From: Vicugna vicugna
Taxonomy: Eukaryota
NCBI GenBank assembly: GCA_013265495.1
Contig: MU058009.1
Span: forward strand, 1,428,001-1,492,000
Direction: 5' to 3'
DNA length: 64,000 bases
Made by a program: the position numbers and the translations under genes. Shown piece after piece: positions 11,291 through 23,439 of the stretch; positions within the stretch are counted from its first letter, which is position 1; the number at the start of each line of letters is the position of its first letter. The notes beneath the pieces were generated by a model. The model was not told the DNA's origin and searched no databases. It was given only the letters and a program-made list of their open reading frames with translations.

Positions 11291-14244
11291 GGTGGAGAGA
11301 GGAGGAAGTCAAGATTTGAGGAGTTCTTTCCATTTTCCTTGCCCAAGTTTTTCCAATCTTCCCATTCCTAGCAAAGTCTTACCATTTTTAGAGTCATTTT
11401 TATTTTTCTACAGAGTCCATTCTAAAATTCCCTGGAGACCTAACGTGCAGCCCTTCACTGGAGGGATTTCCGTCCCTCTGAAGGGTCTTAGGGGCGGTGT
11501 TCCGGGTAACCCAGTAGGAAGCTGTGTCCTTTTCCTCCCCAGACACCCGGCCCTGGATCCAGTGGCTCCGCTTTCCTTTCTGGTCTGGGGTCACCACATT
11601 GCCTTTGTCTGAAGAGTCAACTCTGATGGCCTGCAGAGGGCTGGGGATAGGCGGTGGCCCCAGTCAAGTCACGCAGCCCACGGGAGAACCTGGTACACAG
11701 ACCACAGTCTAGAGAGAACCTAGCTGCCTCCCCCTCCCACGGACCCCACGGCATGTGAGGAGCAGGGTCTTCAGTCTCCTCCGAGGCAGAAGGCTGAGGA
11801 CAAGGCTTCTCTGTGTCCCCCAGGTGAACTCGTAGGAGGATTCAGTCTGCCTGGAGGCTGGAGGAGTCCACTGAGAGCGTCCAGTGTTACCGCTGAAACA
11901 TGTAGTTTCTGAGTCTCTGTGTCAAAGTAGCAAGAATGCCAGGTTGTCAGAGCCTTCTGGCTCCTGTGCCTGCTCTGTTCACTAACTCTGCTTTCAGACA
12001 ACTCCCGGGGCCCCCTCAGGCCTCCTTGCCATCATCCCTAACATGAGAACACCAGATGAGACTTTCTGCTAAAGCGTTTCCTGGTCCACAAGGTCCACGG
12101 TTTCTGTCTAATAAATGGAGAGTCTCCGACCATAGCTAGCCCATGGCCTCCACCCGAAAACCAAGAGGGAAAGGTCTGGGGCAAGGTGCCCGCCAAGCCC
12201 AGGGTACACAGCGGTACCGTGTGGGAGGAAGCAAATTTGGAAGGAAACAAGCTTCATTTACTCTGCCTGCTACGGTTATCTCTCTGAGGCGTGTGCCCAT
12301 GCGAGCGAGATGAGGGTGAGGAGGAAGGGGAGGGGGACACGCTGTCAAATGTCAAATGCTGAGCAAAGTCTTTGAAGTCTGACAATTGAGACTTCCCGTA
12401 ACTTTTGTCTCTACTTTTGCAAAAAGGGAGGGAGGGAGGGAGAGGGGAGAAGGGGGTTGGAGAGAGACAAAGAGAGAGAGAAAAGACAAAAATGGATCCA
12501 AATATGAGACTGTCATCATGTAGGTTTCATGAAAAGCTTAGGCAAATATTATCTAAATCACTTGTAATCTGGGACTTCCTTCTTTGACTGTCTTTCAGAC
12601 CATCCCTGACTATCTTTCTGCACAGACATTGAACTTCATGCCTTCATGACATTTCCACGGGACCATGACACTTGTCTGCATGCTGAGAAGCATGAACGGG
12701 CCAACCAGCTGAGAATCACGCCAGCCAGGGCAGGACGAGAGCATTCCTCAAGCCCCTGCCCCCTGGGAGGGAGGCAGGACGTGCACGTGAGGCAGGGGAC
12801 ACAGGGCTGCGAAGCGCACGGGTCAGACGAACACAGGTAGAGAACACACCAGTGCACCACGGCGGCCTCGGAAGCACTCACAAGCGAGGGAGAAACTGAG
12901 GGCTGAACTACGGGTGAGTTTCTGTATCCAGAGAGGTGTGCTTTGAAAAAGAAATACTGAAAAAACAGCACATTTAGTTGTCACCCACCTTCTTACCTCA
13001 CGATTAGCCAACAACAGACGTAAAATGGACCACTCTGCAGCCCGAATCTGTACATAGTAACCAGGAAAAGGGCCAGGGGAACCTTTTTCAGTTTAACTTC
13101 GAATCATTGAGTTTTGGGAAATTGGTGAGATGACAAAATAATTGTGTGTGAATGTCTGGGAAGGCTGGGCACGCCCAGATGAGGGGGAAAACAGTCAGGC
13201 CACCATTAGCGCTTCTGCGAGTGGACGTGATGCTAAGTGCACAGGCAATTTCAGGGACACCCCCTCTGGGTGTTTTTTTTTTTAAGAATACTTCAGATGT
13301 AGCATTGAGTTAGTTGGCTTCTCCGTCAAGAGGACAGCAGCACATGGTAAAAGGAGGGCTAGCCGTGGGAGGACCCCTGGGGCACCAGGCTTAGTTAAAC
13401 TTTGGCATCAGAAAAGGAAACTTGTCAGAAACCTGAGATACTGGAGGGCTTCAGGCAGGGAGGGTCTCCCTGGAGACCATGAGGGGGCTGCCAACAAGGA
13501 CCGCGATGCCTCCTTTCAAGGAAATCGGCAATCCCAGAGCGCACGGCGGGGGAAGAGGTTCTTAGCCGTTTCCTCTGGAAATCACCCCTGAGTGGGCGCC
13601 AGGCTGTTCCAGAATCTCCACTCCCTGGTGCTCCCAGCCTGCTGGGGGGCGGGGTGGGGGGCAAAGTCCAGACCTGATGGAAGAGCAGAGCCCACCCCAT
13701 GGCTGTTCTTCTAAAACCTCCACTCCTCTGCCAGCTGGAGCACTCTCCTGCGTGAGGTCCCACAGGTCCCAAGGACTTGTCATTAAGACTAGACCAGACG
13801 GGAAGCCGCTGATGAAACACTCGAGGTGGGGCCTTCCAATATGGAGCAATTTCAGACACCCATCAGGCCCCATCCAAAATATGCCGCTGCCCCCCAAGTC
13901 CTCCCGCGAAGAGGTAAGGGCAGAAACTGCAGAAGACATCCGCTCCAGCTTTGTCCAGGCTGTCTGGGGGCTAAAGCAAATCCCATGGGAAAGTCCTGGG
14001 GCTTCACGTTTGTGCCCTCCCTCCTCCTGCTCTGCCCCGTTACCTCCCCAAGCCCCCAGGGGAAAAGTCAATTCACAAACAAAGGATGGGGAGTGGAGGC
14101 TGGAGGTGTGGGGGACGGAAAGCAGGTTTCTTTGGTGAGAAGCAGGTTTGTTTGGTGAGAAGCGAGATGGGAGCTGGTAGGAGGGCGTGGGCCTCAGAGC
14201 CAACAGAGGGGAGGCTGGAGTGACACAGGCCCACGAAGGCTCAG

Positions 14245-14530
14245 GAAGCCGGGGTGCACTCTCCAACCGTGAGGTCCCCAGAAGCCCCACCGGACTCGCG
14301 GCCCCCGGACTCCATCCCTGCTCCTTTGTCTCCGGCCCGGGCCCGCCCCGTCTGCCCCCCGCTCGGCCTTCCTCCCGCGGAACCAGCTGCAGCGTGTAGG
14401 AGAAGGGGGCCCTGTCACGGCTGTCTCTCGTGTGTTATTGTTAGTGTTACGTTACAAATCCCGTTTCCATGCCGGGGTCCCTCGGGGGTCATAACCAGGA
14501 GAGGCCGTGACCTTGTCAATAAACAGAACC
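14245..14530. promoter_or_regulatory. Small CpG-rich island with adjacent transcription factor motif cluster
   Basis: Dense CpG at 14250-14400 (cggactcgcggcccccgg, ccggcccgggcccgccccg). Also TGACCTTG at 14508 and TCAATAAACA at 14516. Confidence 0.5.
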
Positions 14531-16439
14531 CCAATCCTTAATGTAACCACTTTGCGTCCACTAGGCCTGCTCCAAGGGTTCAGAGCTCAGATTCCTCTCC
14601 CAGGCGGCCTCATCTCAGGGAGGCCGCCTCCACAGTGCCAGGCAGAGGGCAGGCGGAGGTAGATCAGATGCTGATCCCTGTGGCGGGTGGGCATCCGCGT
14701 GGGCCTGGCCTGTGCTCCCCCAGGGCCCCACTTGTCATACGAGTGTGTGTTGGATGTATTACCACTGGTCTGAAGTCTCTCTTGTCACCGATTTCCCACA
14801 AGGATGAGACCAGGACATTAGTCGTTGCTAAAGTCCTGTTTCCCTGAGAAGACCTGCAAGGGAGAGGCCTCAGCTGACTCGTCTGATGCTCACCGCGGTG
14901 CCTGGAAGAACACGGAGCAGAAGGGAAGAACCCGCACAAAACAGGGCTGCGTCAGCTACCCTCCATCTTCCATGCAGACGAATCCACCTCCCGCTGTGTG
15001 TTTTCCTTCCCAAAGCAGGGCCAGCTGGTGAAGGAGAGGCGGAACCAAACAGGACAAAAATGAACCAGGATCGGCTGACTCGTTCAGCAAATATTCCCAG
15101 CTCAGCCCCTACCAGGGGCCAGGGACACAGCTCCCGCTGGTCCATGGATGCCACACACGTAAAAGAAATAAGCCACAGTGTGACTGGGGCTGCGGGCTGG
15201 GGAGCGTTTTTTGTTTCTTTGTTTCGCATCTGATCCTCAACCGTCTCAGAAACTCTCCGTGCTGTTGCCTTGGCCTCCGTAGCTGTCACTGTCCGATGGT
15301 CCCCCGGCTAAGCCTGAGGAGAAGGATGTTCCTGAATGTCTGCTGTCAGGGCTGAAAGACTGACATTTAGAGAGAGAAGTGGTCCCACGTGCTGCTGACA
15401 GACATAGCTTCAAAGTCAGACCAACATTGCTTGGCTTGTTTCTAAGACACCGCAAAGGGTTTCTTGGGGTGTCTGGGGGGAGGTTAACGAGGTCGTTGAA
15501 CCAAATGGCGTGTTATTATTTCTGCTGAGTGAATGAGATTCAGTCACGGAGCTAGAGGAGAACTCGGAGCTCTGGAGAGCCCGGGGAGATGCATTCACTA
15601 GAAAGGGCCCAGCTTGCCTCCCTGACACACCCCGAGCATCCAGAACACTGCCTGCCCGCAGGAGGTGCTCGGAAATGATTTACTGAGTCAACAGAGCTGC
15701 CCTGCAGGTCTCTCCTGGCCGGAGATCAGAAGTGGGGGAAGGAAAGTGGAACAGCCCTGAGGGCATCCGTTTCACAGTCCAGGCTTCCGGATCCTCCTTT
15801 CTTACCAAGAGGGATCATCGTTCAAAACTACCGCCCAGACCAGTGGCTCCCACTCGGAGCGACTGTTGACTGCCGGGGCGTAGTTATGGCATGACTGGCC
15901 GGACACTTGTCCGATCTTAATATCCGTCATGCAAAACAAACCTGACTGTTTGCCAAATAAATGTAAGTAGGGCTGAGATGAATAAACATAAATCCATTTT
16001 TTAAAATCACAGAATGTATAGAAACCTTTTGTCCTGTGTCCAGAAACACCGTGGGTATAAACACAAGCAGATGTCTTGTTATTTTCTTGACATTATTCAA
16101 AGCGCATCCCCTCCTCATGATGCTTGGAAATGACTTCTCTGGGCTGGTCTCCTCACGTCACAGGTGACATATCATAGATTGTCCCAGAGAAGGAGAGGGA
16201 CCAGCCCGTGGTCGTTCAGCCCTTCGGTGGCAGGGTCAGGGACCAGCACAGGGCATCTGTCTCCTTTTCTTTACATCATACTCCCTCAGGTGGCATCTTT
16301 CCAAACACCAGGATCTGAAAGGACGACCCGATTCAACTTAAATGTTGTCTGAAACAGAACTGCTCATTGCAGGAGCTGTGGGCCGGGCACGGGGCTCTCC
16401 ACACGCAGGATGACCACTGTCTCCCATCAGCTCAATGGG

Positions 16440-16570
16440 GCAGACGCTGTGATGATCCCCATTTTGTAAGTTCAAAGGGGGTCTAGGGGAATCCAACATT
16501 TGCTCAAGGCCACAGGGTCAGCAAGCTGTGAAGGCAGGTACACACTGTTTGACTCCAAAGCCCAGATTCT
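16440..16570 (-). mobile_element. MIR fragment
   Basis: Contains atccccattttgtaag...tgctcaaggccacag...tgactccaaagccca. Confidence 0.6.
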
Positions 16571-16789
16571 CTTGCCCTCTGCTGTCCACAACTTAAAGAG
16601 TTCACGTTTATGGAAGTCACCAGTATCTGTCAAAACAAATTTAAGGGCATCAGAAAGCAGCCCTCAGTAGGGCTGGCTCTAGCCCCACAGGGTCTGCTGT
16701 GGGGACGGAGGGGCAGCGGGCAGGGAGGCCGTCCTCAGAGAGCCCATTTCTCAAGCGGAGAAGACAGACTTTCAGCACCTGACCCATCA

Positions 16790-17290
16790 GGGGGTTCCCG
16801 GAGAGTCCGTTTCCCAGGTCCCGGCATCGGCGACTCCGAGAGTCTCCCTGGCGTGGAGCTGGGAATTTGCAGTTGTCACCAACGCGCCCACTGCATCGAG
16901 CACACCCAGTTTTGACACCCCGAGGCCTGAGAGCCCCCAGGCTGGGTGTCGGCATGAGAGAACACAAGAGACCCAGAAAGCAAGGGCCAGCAGGCCGGCC
17001 CCGCCCCAGGGCCCCGCTCGCTGAAAAGGCAGGCGGGGTGGGACGTCGCTCACGTCCCCGCGTGTGCAGAAGGTTTCCGTGCGTTTGTTTAGAACAAAGC
17101 CTGTGCTTAACTGGCACAAGAGAAGCAGACTTTATAAACAGATGTGAGCATGGACGGTTTTTATGATTGGCTTGTTTTCAATCACCGTGCTTGACCGGTG
17201 TCTGTGTTCCACTCAGCAAATATTTCTATGGTGACAGTAAACACAACACAATGGCCATTATTTAATGTTAATACAAGTACCATATGGGAG
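16790..17290. promoter_or_regulatory. CpG-rich segment followed by forkhead/SOX motif cluster (candidate enhancer)
   Basis: CpG-rich at 16790-17085. Motifs TGTTTAG, AACAAAG, ATAAACA, GCAAATA and GTAAACA fall within 17086-17243. Confidence 0.45.
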
Positions 17291-18144
17291 GTCTCATCAT
17301 GCTGGAGCGCCACAGCATGATGAAAGCAGACAGGAGTGGGTGGCAAGGTGGGCCTGGCCGGACAGGCGGCTTCACGGAACGCGTGCTCCTCTCGTGCTGG
17401 CCGTGCGCGCGTGTGTGCCGAGAAGGGTTTCCCCGGGGCGTCTCTAGGACCACATCGGTTTCTTCCCTCTTACTCACCTCTGACCTTGCATAAGTCTCCA
17501 TGCTAATCGTTTAAACATCCGTGCCTCAGTTTCCCCATTCTTAGGAGTTCACCGAGCCGCTCCAGAGAGTCATGCAGAATAACCCCTGGCGGAATTTGGA
17601 GTTGAGAAGGATGATGCTAAGAAGGTCCCCCTGCTTTAAGCAGTCCAAAACGTAAAAGGGAGGCAGTCTAACATCTTTTCCACGTTTGCACCTGGAAACG
17701 TGGGAACACGTGACGTTTCCTGAGATTGGTCAAGCGGTTTTGGACAGAACAAAGCTTCCCAGGACTTGCACTGCGAGCAGACGTGCCCCCTCTCTACGCT
17801 CAGGGGGCGACTGTGATGTCAAAAGGCATGACGCTGGACTTATTCCCCACTGACAGAGGGCGAAGGAGAACGTCAAAGCTTTCAGTGTCGCGGCAAGCGG
17901 CATTCCGCCCCTTCACCAAAGCGCGGCTGCTCTCACGTGCCCCTGTGCCTGAGTCTGCACCGCAGCGTTTCGCGCCCAGGATGTCCGTGGGCTATTTACA
18001 CGTTATCTGGCTTCACCTCCCGAAACTTGCCCTGAAGAGATGGCAGTGTCCAGTTCTAGGATTTAGTGCTTGGCATCTGTATGTCCTCGTGAAAAACATC
18101 AGCATTAAGAATTCTTAACATTGGTTTCACACCTTCACGTCTAC

Positions 18145-18315
18145 AAAATGCTTCCCATTCATTACATCACCCAATCCTCTTAGACCCAGTGGGTGGCCAC
18201 CCCCCGCATCCTGTTTTAAAGATGAGCAGACAGTCTCAGAGGCTTGTGATCTGTCCAGGGAGGGCTACAGAGGTGCAGAGCTACAACTGGAACCCAAGAC
18301 TCCTGCTCTGCAAGC
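18145..18315 (-). mobile_element. MIR fragment
   Basis: Contains tgttttaaagatgagcagacagtctcagaggc...ctggaacccaagactcctg. Confidence 0.55.
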
Positions 18316-18416
18316 CTGATGATTCTGAAGACTTCTCTGTCTTGTAGTTTGGAAATCGGAATTGGGCTATCCTGAGCAGTCAGGCTCTGACAAACTCTAA
18401 GATTAGCTTGAGAGCT

Positions 18417-18418
<2 letters not shown>

Positions 18419-18452
<34 letters not shown>
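18419..18452. repeat. (TG)17 microsatellite abutting an L1 tail
   Basis: Perfect run directly adjoining the T-tract of the minus-strand L1 end. Confidence 0.97.
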
Positions 18453-18456
<4 letters not shown>

Positions 18457-18640
18457 AATTAAAGTATAGTTGATATACAATGTTGTGTTAGTTTCTGGGG
18501 TGCAGCAAAGTGATTCAGTCATATACATACATACATATATTCTTTTTCAGATTCTTGTCCATTGTAGGTTATTATAAGGTAGCGCCTACAGTTCCCCGTG
18601 CTCTGCAGCAGCATCCTGCTGCTTATCTGTGCTGAGTATA
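18453..18640 (-). mobile_element. Cetartiodactyl-type L1 3' end
   Basis: Reads aagtatagttgatatacaatgttgtgttagtttctggggtgcagcaaagtgattcagtcatatac...taggttattataag. Confidence 0.85.
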
Positions 18641-19749
18641 GCAGAGGGCTCTTGCTTCTGTTCTCACTGGAGAAGCCAGCCCCAGGTCAACGCTGGCCTT
18701 TCACGAGCACGCTGCCATCACCCTGTCCCCGCTGGCCGTCAGTCCGGCTGGAAATCCAGTGTTGCTCTGCTTCATTTGCTATCAGAAGGGAAGTTAGACA
18801 TAGGCGAGGAGAGACGCCGCCTGCCCCACGTTTCAGGAAAGAGACTTGAATTCCCAGCTGTGTTGTCTACTGTAACAGGATTCTTTCCAGGTGATTGGCT
18901 GCAGTCGCCATAAATCCAGGAACAATATGTTCTTAAACACGTTTGGAATGGCCACCAGGGACGTTATTGGTTAAGAGGACATGTGGCTGGAAGGGAATCA
19001 CGCACATCTAGGTGGGCCCATGATGAGGTTAGCAACCCTCCTGAAGCCCTGGTTCACGTGCGCGGGGGAAGACGGAAGGCGAGGAAGGCAGGCTTGCATG
19101 TTCCAGGCCCTGCCCTGCAGCCTCTCCCCCTACACCTCTCCCCAGAGCCTGGAATCAGGAGAATCACCCAATCACCCCGGCTGGTCCAAGACAGCAGCCA
19201 CCCCCTCAACACCTCCTTTCAGGAACAGGGGCTCCTTTAAGCAGCTGTGGGAACTGTGTGCGCATGTGCGCGCGTGTGCACCTGCCTGTGGCCTGCCCGT
19301 GGAGCCACAGAGGGCAAGGGGAAGAGGAACTAAAGGCTGGCTAGCATGCGCCGGGCTGTGGCTGAGCCCTGCTCTCCTCTGCTTTCTTGACCCGACCACT
19401 GCCAGGCATGTTTCTTATTACTCTGTGGATCTGTCTTGTGCTGATGGGTGGGAAAAGGCTGGCGAAGCAATCATCGTCTCAGTGACAGCAGTGACTTTCT
19501 GGTACCCTCCACAGATTTCCCACAGTCTTTGCTAATGCCTTGGGGCCTTTCTGGGTTTAGACTTACAGTGAATATTCTTAGGCTTACACTCACAGGAGCG
19601 GTTGTGAAACAGCACCGAGTCCACCACGACGATCCATCCATGATGGGCGTCCAAACACTGACCAGAGGCGAGGAGCGACCACCACGGGAGCCCCGAGCAT
19701 TCCCGGAGCGTGCAGCCCGCGCTCTTTCCGTCGCTCTGTGTGCCTTCCC

Positions 19750-19900
19750 TGACTTCATCTTCACAACGATTCTAGGAGGTATGGGCTGTTATTATCCTCT
19801 TTTGATAAATGGGGAAACTGAGGCACAGAGAGGTTAAGAGACTTGCCAAGGTCACACAGCTAGCAAGTGGAGGAACTAAGACTCAGGGCTGTGCAGTCAG
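19750..19900 (-). mobile_element. MIR SINE
   Basis: Contains ggggaaactgaggcacagagaggttaagagacttgccaaggtcacacagctagcaagtgg, a near-consensus MIR core. Confidence 0.9.
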
Positions 19901-20089
19901 ACCTCACCAATTCTAAGCTTCTACCTCTTTTCTGGAAGCAAAGACTGGAGAAAGGAAAGAGTTAAGTGATTATTTCACATTAACTCTAATATCACTAATT
20001 AAAGAAATGAATCATTAAATATGAATAGAAAGCAACTTATTAAATATGAATAAGGACTCTCTCCTTCACAAATGGGGGCATTTTTAAGA

Positions 20090-20182
20090 TTTTCTTTCTA
20101 ATTTTTTACTGGAGGTACTGGGGGTTGAGCCCACGGCCTCCTGCATGCTAAGCATGTGCTCTGCCACTGAGCTACACCCTCC
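20090..20182 (-). mobile_element. tRNA-derived camelid SINE (vic-1-like)
   Basis: Minus strand reads ggagggtgtagctcagtggcagagcacatgcttagcatgcaggaggccgtgggctcaacccccagtacctcca plus an A-rich tail. It has an A box and a degenerate B box. Candidate TSD ggggcatttttaag / ggggcttttaaag. Confidence 0.85.
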
Positions 20183-21390
20183 GGGGCTTTTAAAGTAAAG
20201 ATTATGCTATGTTTCTATCTCAATGCGTTGCCAGCCACAAGGTTTTGGCTTGATCATCATATTTCAAAAGGTGCGAGTGGAAGGACCTGTGGGGTCACTG
20301 TTGGGGAAGAGGACTGTCGTGTTCTGCACACGACGATGTCCTGACCAAGTCAGGCTTCTGTGCTAAGTAATTTTTCTGGTAGTGGTGACAGCTCGTCCTG
20401 AGCCACCCAACCTCCGTTTTTCCTTCCCTGCTGGCCAGCTGGGGCTGAGACACAGGTGGTCTGGATCTGTCGAAGAGCATTTTATGTTTCTCTACTCAAA
20501 GCTCAACAGCCAGAGTGAGGCATCTCTGCCCTCACTAAGTCTGTGTTCTCGCCAGCTGGGCCGTCCCCCTTAGCTTTCACAAGAGGAGAGGAAGAGAGAA
20601 ATTTCCAGATGGTAAGCAGAGCCTCCGGGGTCCGGAGCACGACCACGATGCTGCTGTGAAATACGGGGACAAAGACAGTGGAGGTGAAACCACATGGGGA
20701 GTCCAGTCCCAGGGTGGAAGCCGCTCTCCGAGGACGGCCTCACATTTCAGAGTTTGCACCCCAGTTCTCTTTTGTCACTTTTAAAAAATAACAATACATC
20801 ATTTCGAGGATTTTTTTTTTCCCTCTAGGTGACAATATTCACTTAACTTTTGATGATGTTAAAAATACCCCCAGGGTCATACTATTTTAACCTGATCCAA
20901 AATCTTACATAAAAAAAAAAAGAATGTTGTGGGGTTATAACAATCAAGTCTGGGGTCCTAATCAATGCAGATCGATCTGATGAATGAGTTACTTTCCCTA
21001 AATTCTTCTCATTTTTAATAGCAAGAGTTCTTCAATTATTAGGAAAATGTGTGTCACGTCATTTTAAGCTATAGTTGCACTTCCTCTTAAGTTAGAAGAT
21101 AAAAGGGCCAGCAATATGCTGCAAGCAGGAAATACTGAACGCACGGACCTTCCAGAAGACAGTCTGAGCAGGCAAAACCAAGAAACAATGGGGGACAAAA
21201 ACCACCTTGGAGTCAGCCTCAGTGTCCATTAATACGACATGTACGATACATAAATATAATGAAATTACATATAACCAGAAAAAATAGAGAATATTTAAAT
21301 AACATGCAAACATGCCCGGCTATACCATTAAGTGAAACAGTAAATTACAAAACAAATGTATCATGTCAGCCCATTTGAAAAAAAAAAGTG

Positions 21391-21520
21391 TGTGTGTGTA
21401 AATGTGTGTGTGTGTTGTGATATCTACAGAGAAAAAAGAAAAAGTGTGTGTGTATAAATGTGTGTGTGTGTGTATGTGTGTGTAAATGTGTGTGTGTGTT
21501 GTGATATCTACAGAGAAAAA
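21391..21520. repeat. Two identical 46-bp copies embedded in TG-rich sequence
   Basis: tgtgtgtgtaaatgtgtgtgtgtgttgtgatatctacagagaaaaa occurs at 21391-21436 and at 21475-21520. Confidence 0.95.
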
Positions 21521-23439
21521 CAAACTCAAAAGTTACATCTGTAATACTAAAACAGACGTTTTATTTCCTGGTGGTAGGACTTTGTGTGGTTTTTGGTTTT
21601 GCCTCTTTGCTTGTTTGTAAGTTTTTGACAATAAACTATAAAGTAGATACTGACAGGGTGACATTTAGGATTTGATTTTGATTTCCCTGCTGTACACTGT
21701 GGTGTTGATATGAAGCTGGTCATATTTACCGTCATCATTAATTCCGCATATATTACCCCTCACTCATCTGTAATTAACAATCCTCATCCTGACCAGGCCT
21801 TTTAATAAACATGCTGACCAGCTGGATTATTTAAGTTACCTCTTCTCTTGCTGTTTCTAATTAGGCTCCATAAACCAATACTTGTCATTGGCATTTATGA
21901 TTTTTTGTTACTTTTTCAAGGTCCGTTAAGTCATTAATTATTCCGTCTCTGCAGTGTGTTTTCCCATTTCCTGAGCCATGAGATTTCCAGTTTATTTGCA
22001 ATGTCTTTGAGCCATATCTCCTCAGAGCAACACAGTGATTCAATTCAACGCTTACGTCTTAAGTACACACAAGGTGCAGAACATGCCACCTGGGAGAGTG
22101 AGAATGGTACCAACGGGCAAGACCGAGCAGCCCCAAGTCTAGGGACCAAGAAAAACAGGCGTAAGTAACCCCAGTGCGATGATTTCAAAACAGTAGACAA
22201 ACACCCATGCCGACTCCTGGAGTCACCCTTCATCTCCACCAACTGCTTACAAAATTCTCCTTCGCTTTATTCTTTTTAAAATATCCTGAGTTGGAAATAT
22301 CACAAAATGGGAAAGCGTGGCATTACACATCTTTGACAGCTATAAATGCTCACAAAGCAGGGACGTGGTTATCTCGTATTTTGATGGTCATTTCTTAACT
22401 AAACTCCAACCCACTCGTTCGGGAGCCAGACTGGACAAATGACCGCTTTGTGTCGTCCAAATCCTGGCTCATCCCCGAGTGCAGACCCTCTTGAATTCTA
22501 GCCACATACACATTATTTTGCAGGTGAGGACATGGAAACACAGCGAGGGGCTGTATCTTGTCTTCTTTCCCCAGAAGCCCATTTTCAAGTGCACGTTAAG
22601 TCACAGGATTATCACTTAAGAAGTGGGGCCCTGATCCTTCAGGTGGTTGTCCAAGTGCAGGATTCTCTCCATCACAATTAAGGGTCTAGGGCTTGAGACT
22701 GGGTGCAGGGAGGGCTGTTGAGGCAAAGTTTACCCCAACTGCTGCCATGTACACCCCTGAGCAGATGAGAAAACTCGGCTTCGGGGGCTGTGTTTGTCTA
22801 TCTCGTACATGAGCAGCGATGATCGGTATCTTGTTGCCTTGGAGACTGTCAGACCTGGCATCTCTGTTTATCTGCAGAGCACTCGGTGGTTTCTGAAAAC
22901 AGGTGTGGCCTGGTTGAGCACAGCGTAGCCACAATCTTTTTTTTTTTTTTTTTAAGAAGTCGCTTTGACTCTGGTGGCTTTTACCGACTTTCCAAATGTC
23001 ACTCAGTCTCCCTCAGAGGCTATTTGTTAAGTTGCTGGTAAACTAGTCTCTTACCTGTTTTTTCTCTGTTTTGAGAGATGCAGTACTAGATAGACAAAAG
23101 GAAAAAAAAGAGCTTGTGGAAGCGAAAACGGGTTTGAAGCGACAATTGTGTGTTAGTTGCAGTCTGTACAGGACAATCGTTCTGGCCCCCTCGCTGGTGG
23201 TGTGGCTTCTGAGGTAAATTGCATGAAGAAAACCAGCCCTCGTTTGGTAATCTCCGCTGGGTTACAGAGCGGAGGGAGCAGATACAATTGCTGACCACCA
23301 GATACACAACCCCACTGGTAAGGAGCTTGTGACCAGTGAAGTTACGGAAAGTGCGTTAATACTGGGTCAGATTGAGCAAGAGAAACAGACCCTAATCAGC
23401 GATGAACTTTTCACTAAAAGGAATAAAGACAGAGAGAGA

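Noticed and set aside
13562..14290. Longest ORF (242 aa, minus strand)
   Set aside because: Pro/Ser/Gly-rich with no recognisable domain. Overlapping ORFs in other frames are typical of stop-poor GC-rich non-coding DNA.
18981..19535. 184-aa plus-strand ORF
   Set aside because: No recognisable family, and it runs through an alternating purine-pyrimidine tract. Likely a chance ORF.
20110..20182. tRNA-Ala-like sequence as a tRNA gene
   Set aside because: It has an A-rich tail, TSD-like flanks and a mutated B box, so it is a SINE rather than a functional tRNA.
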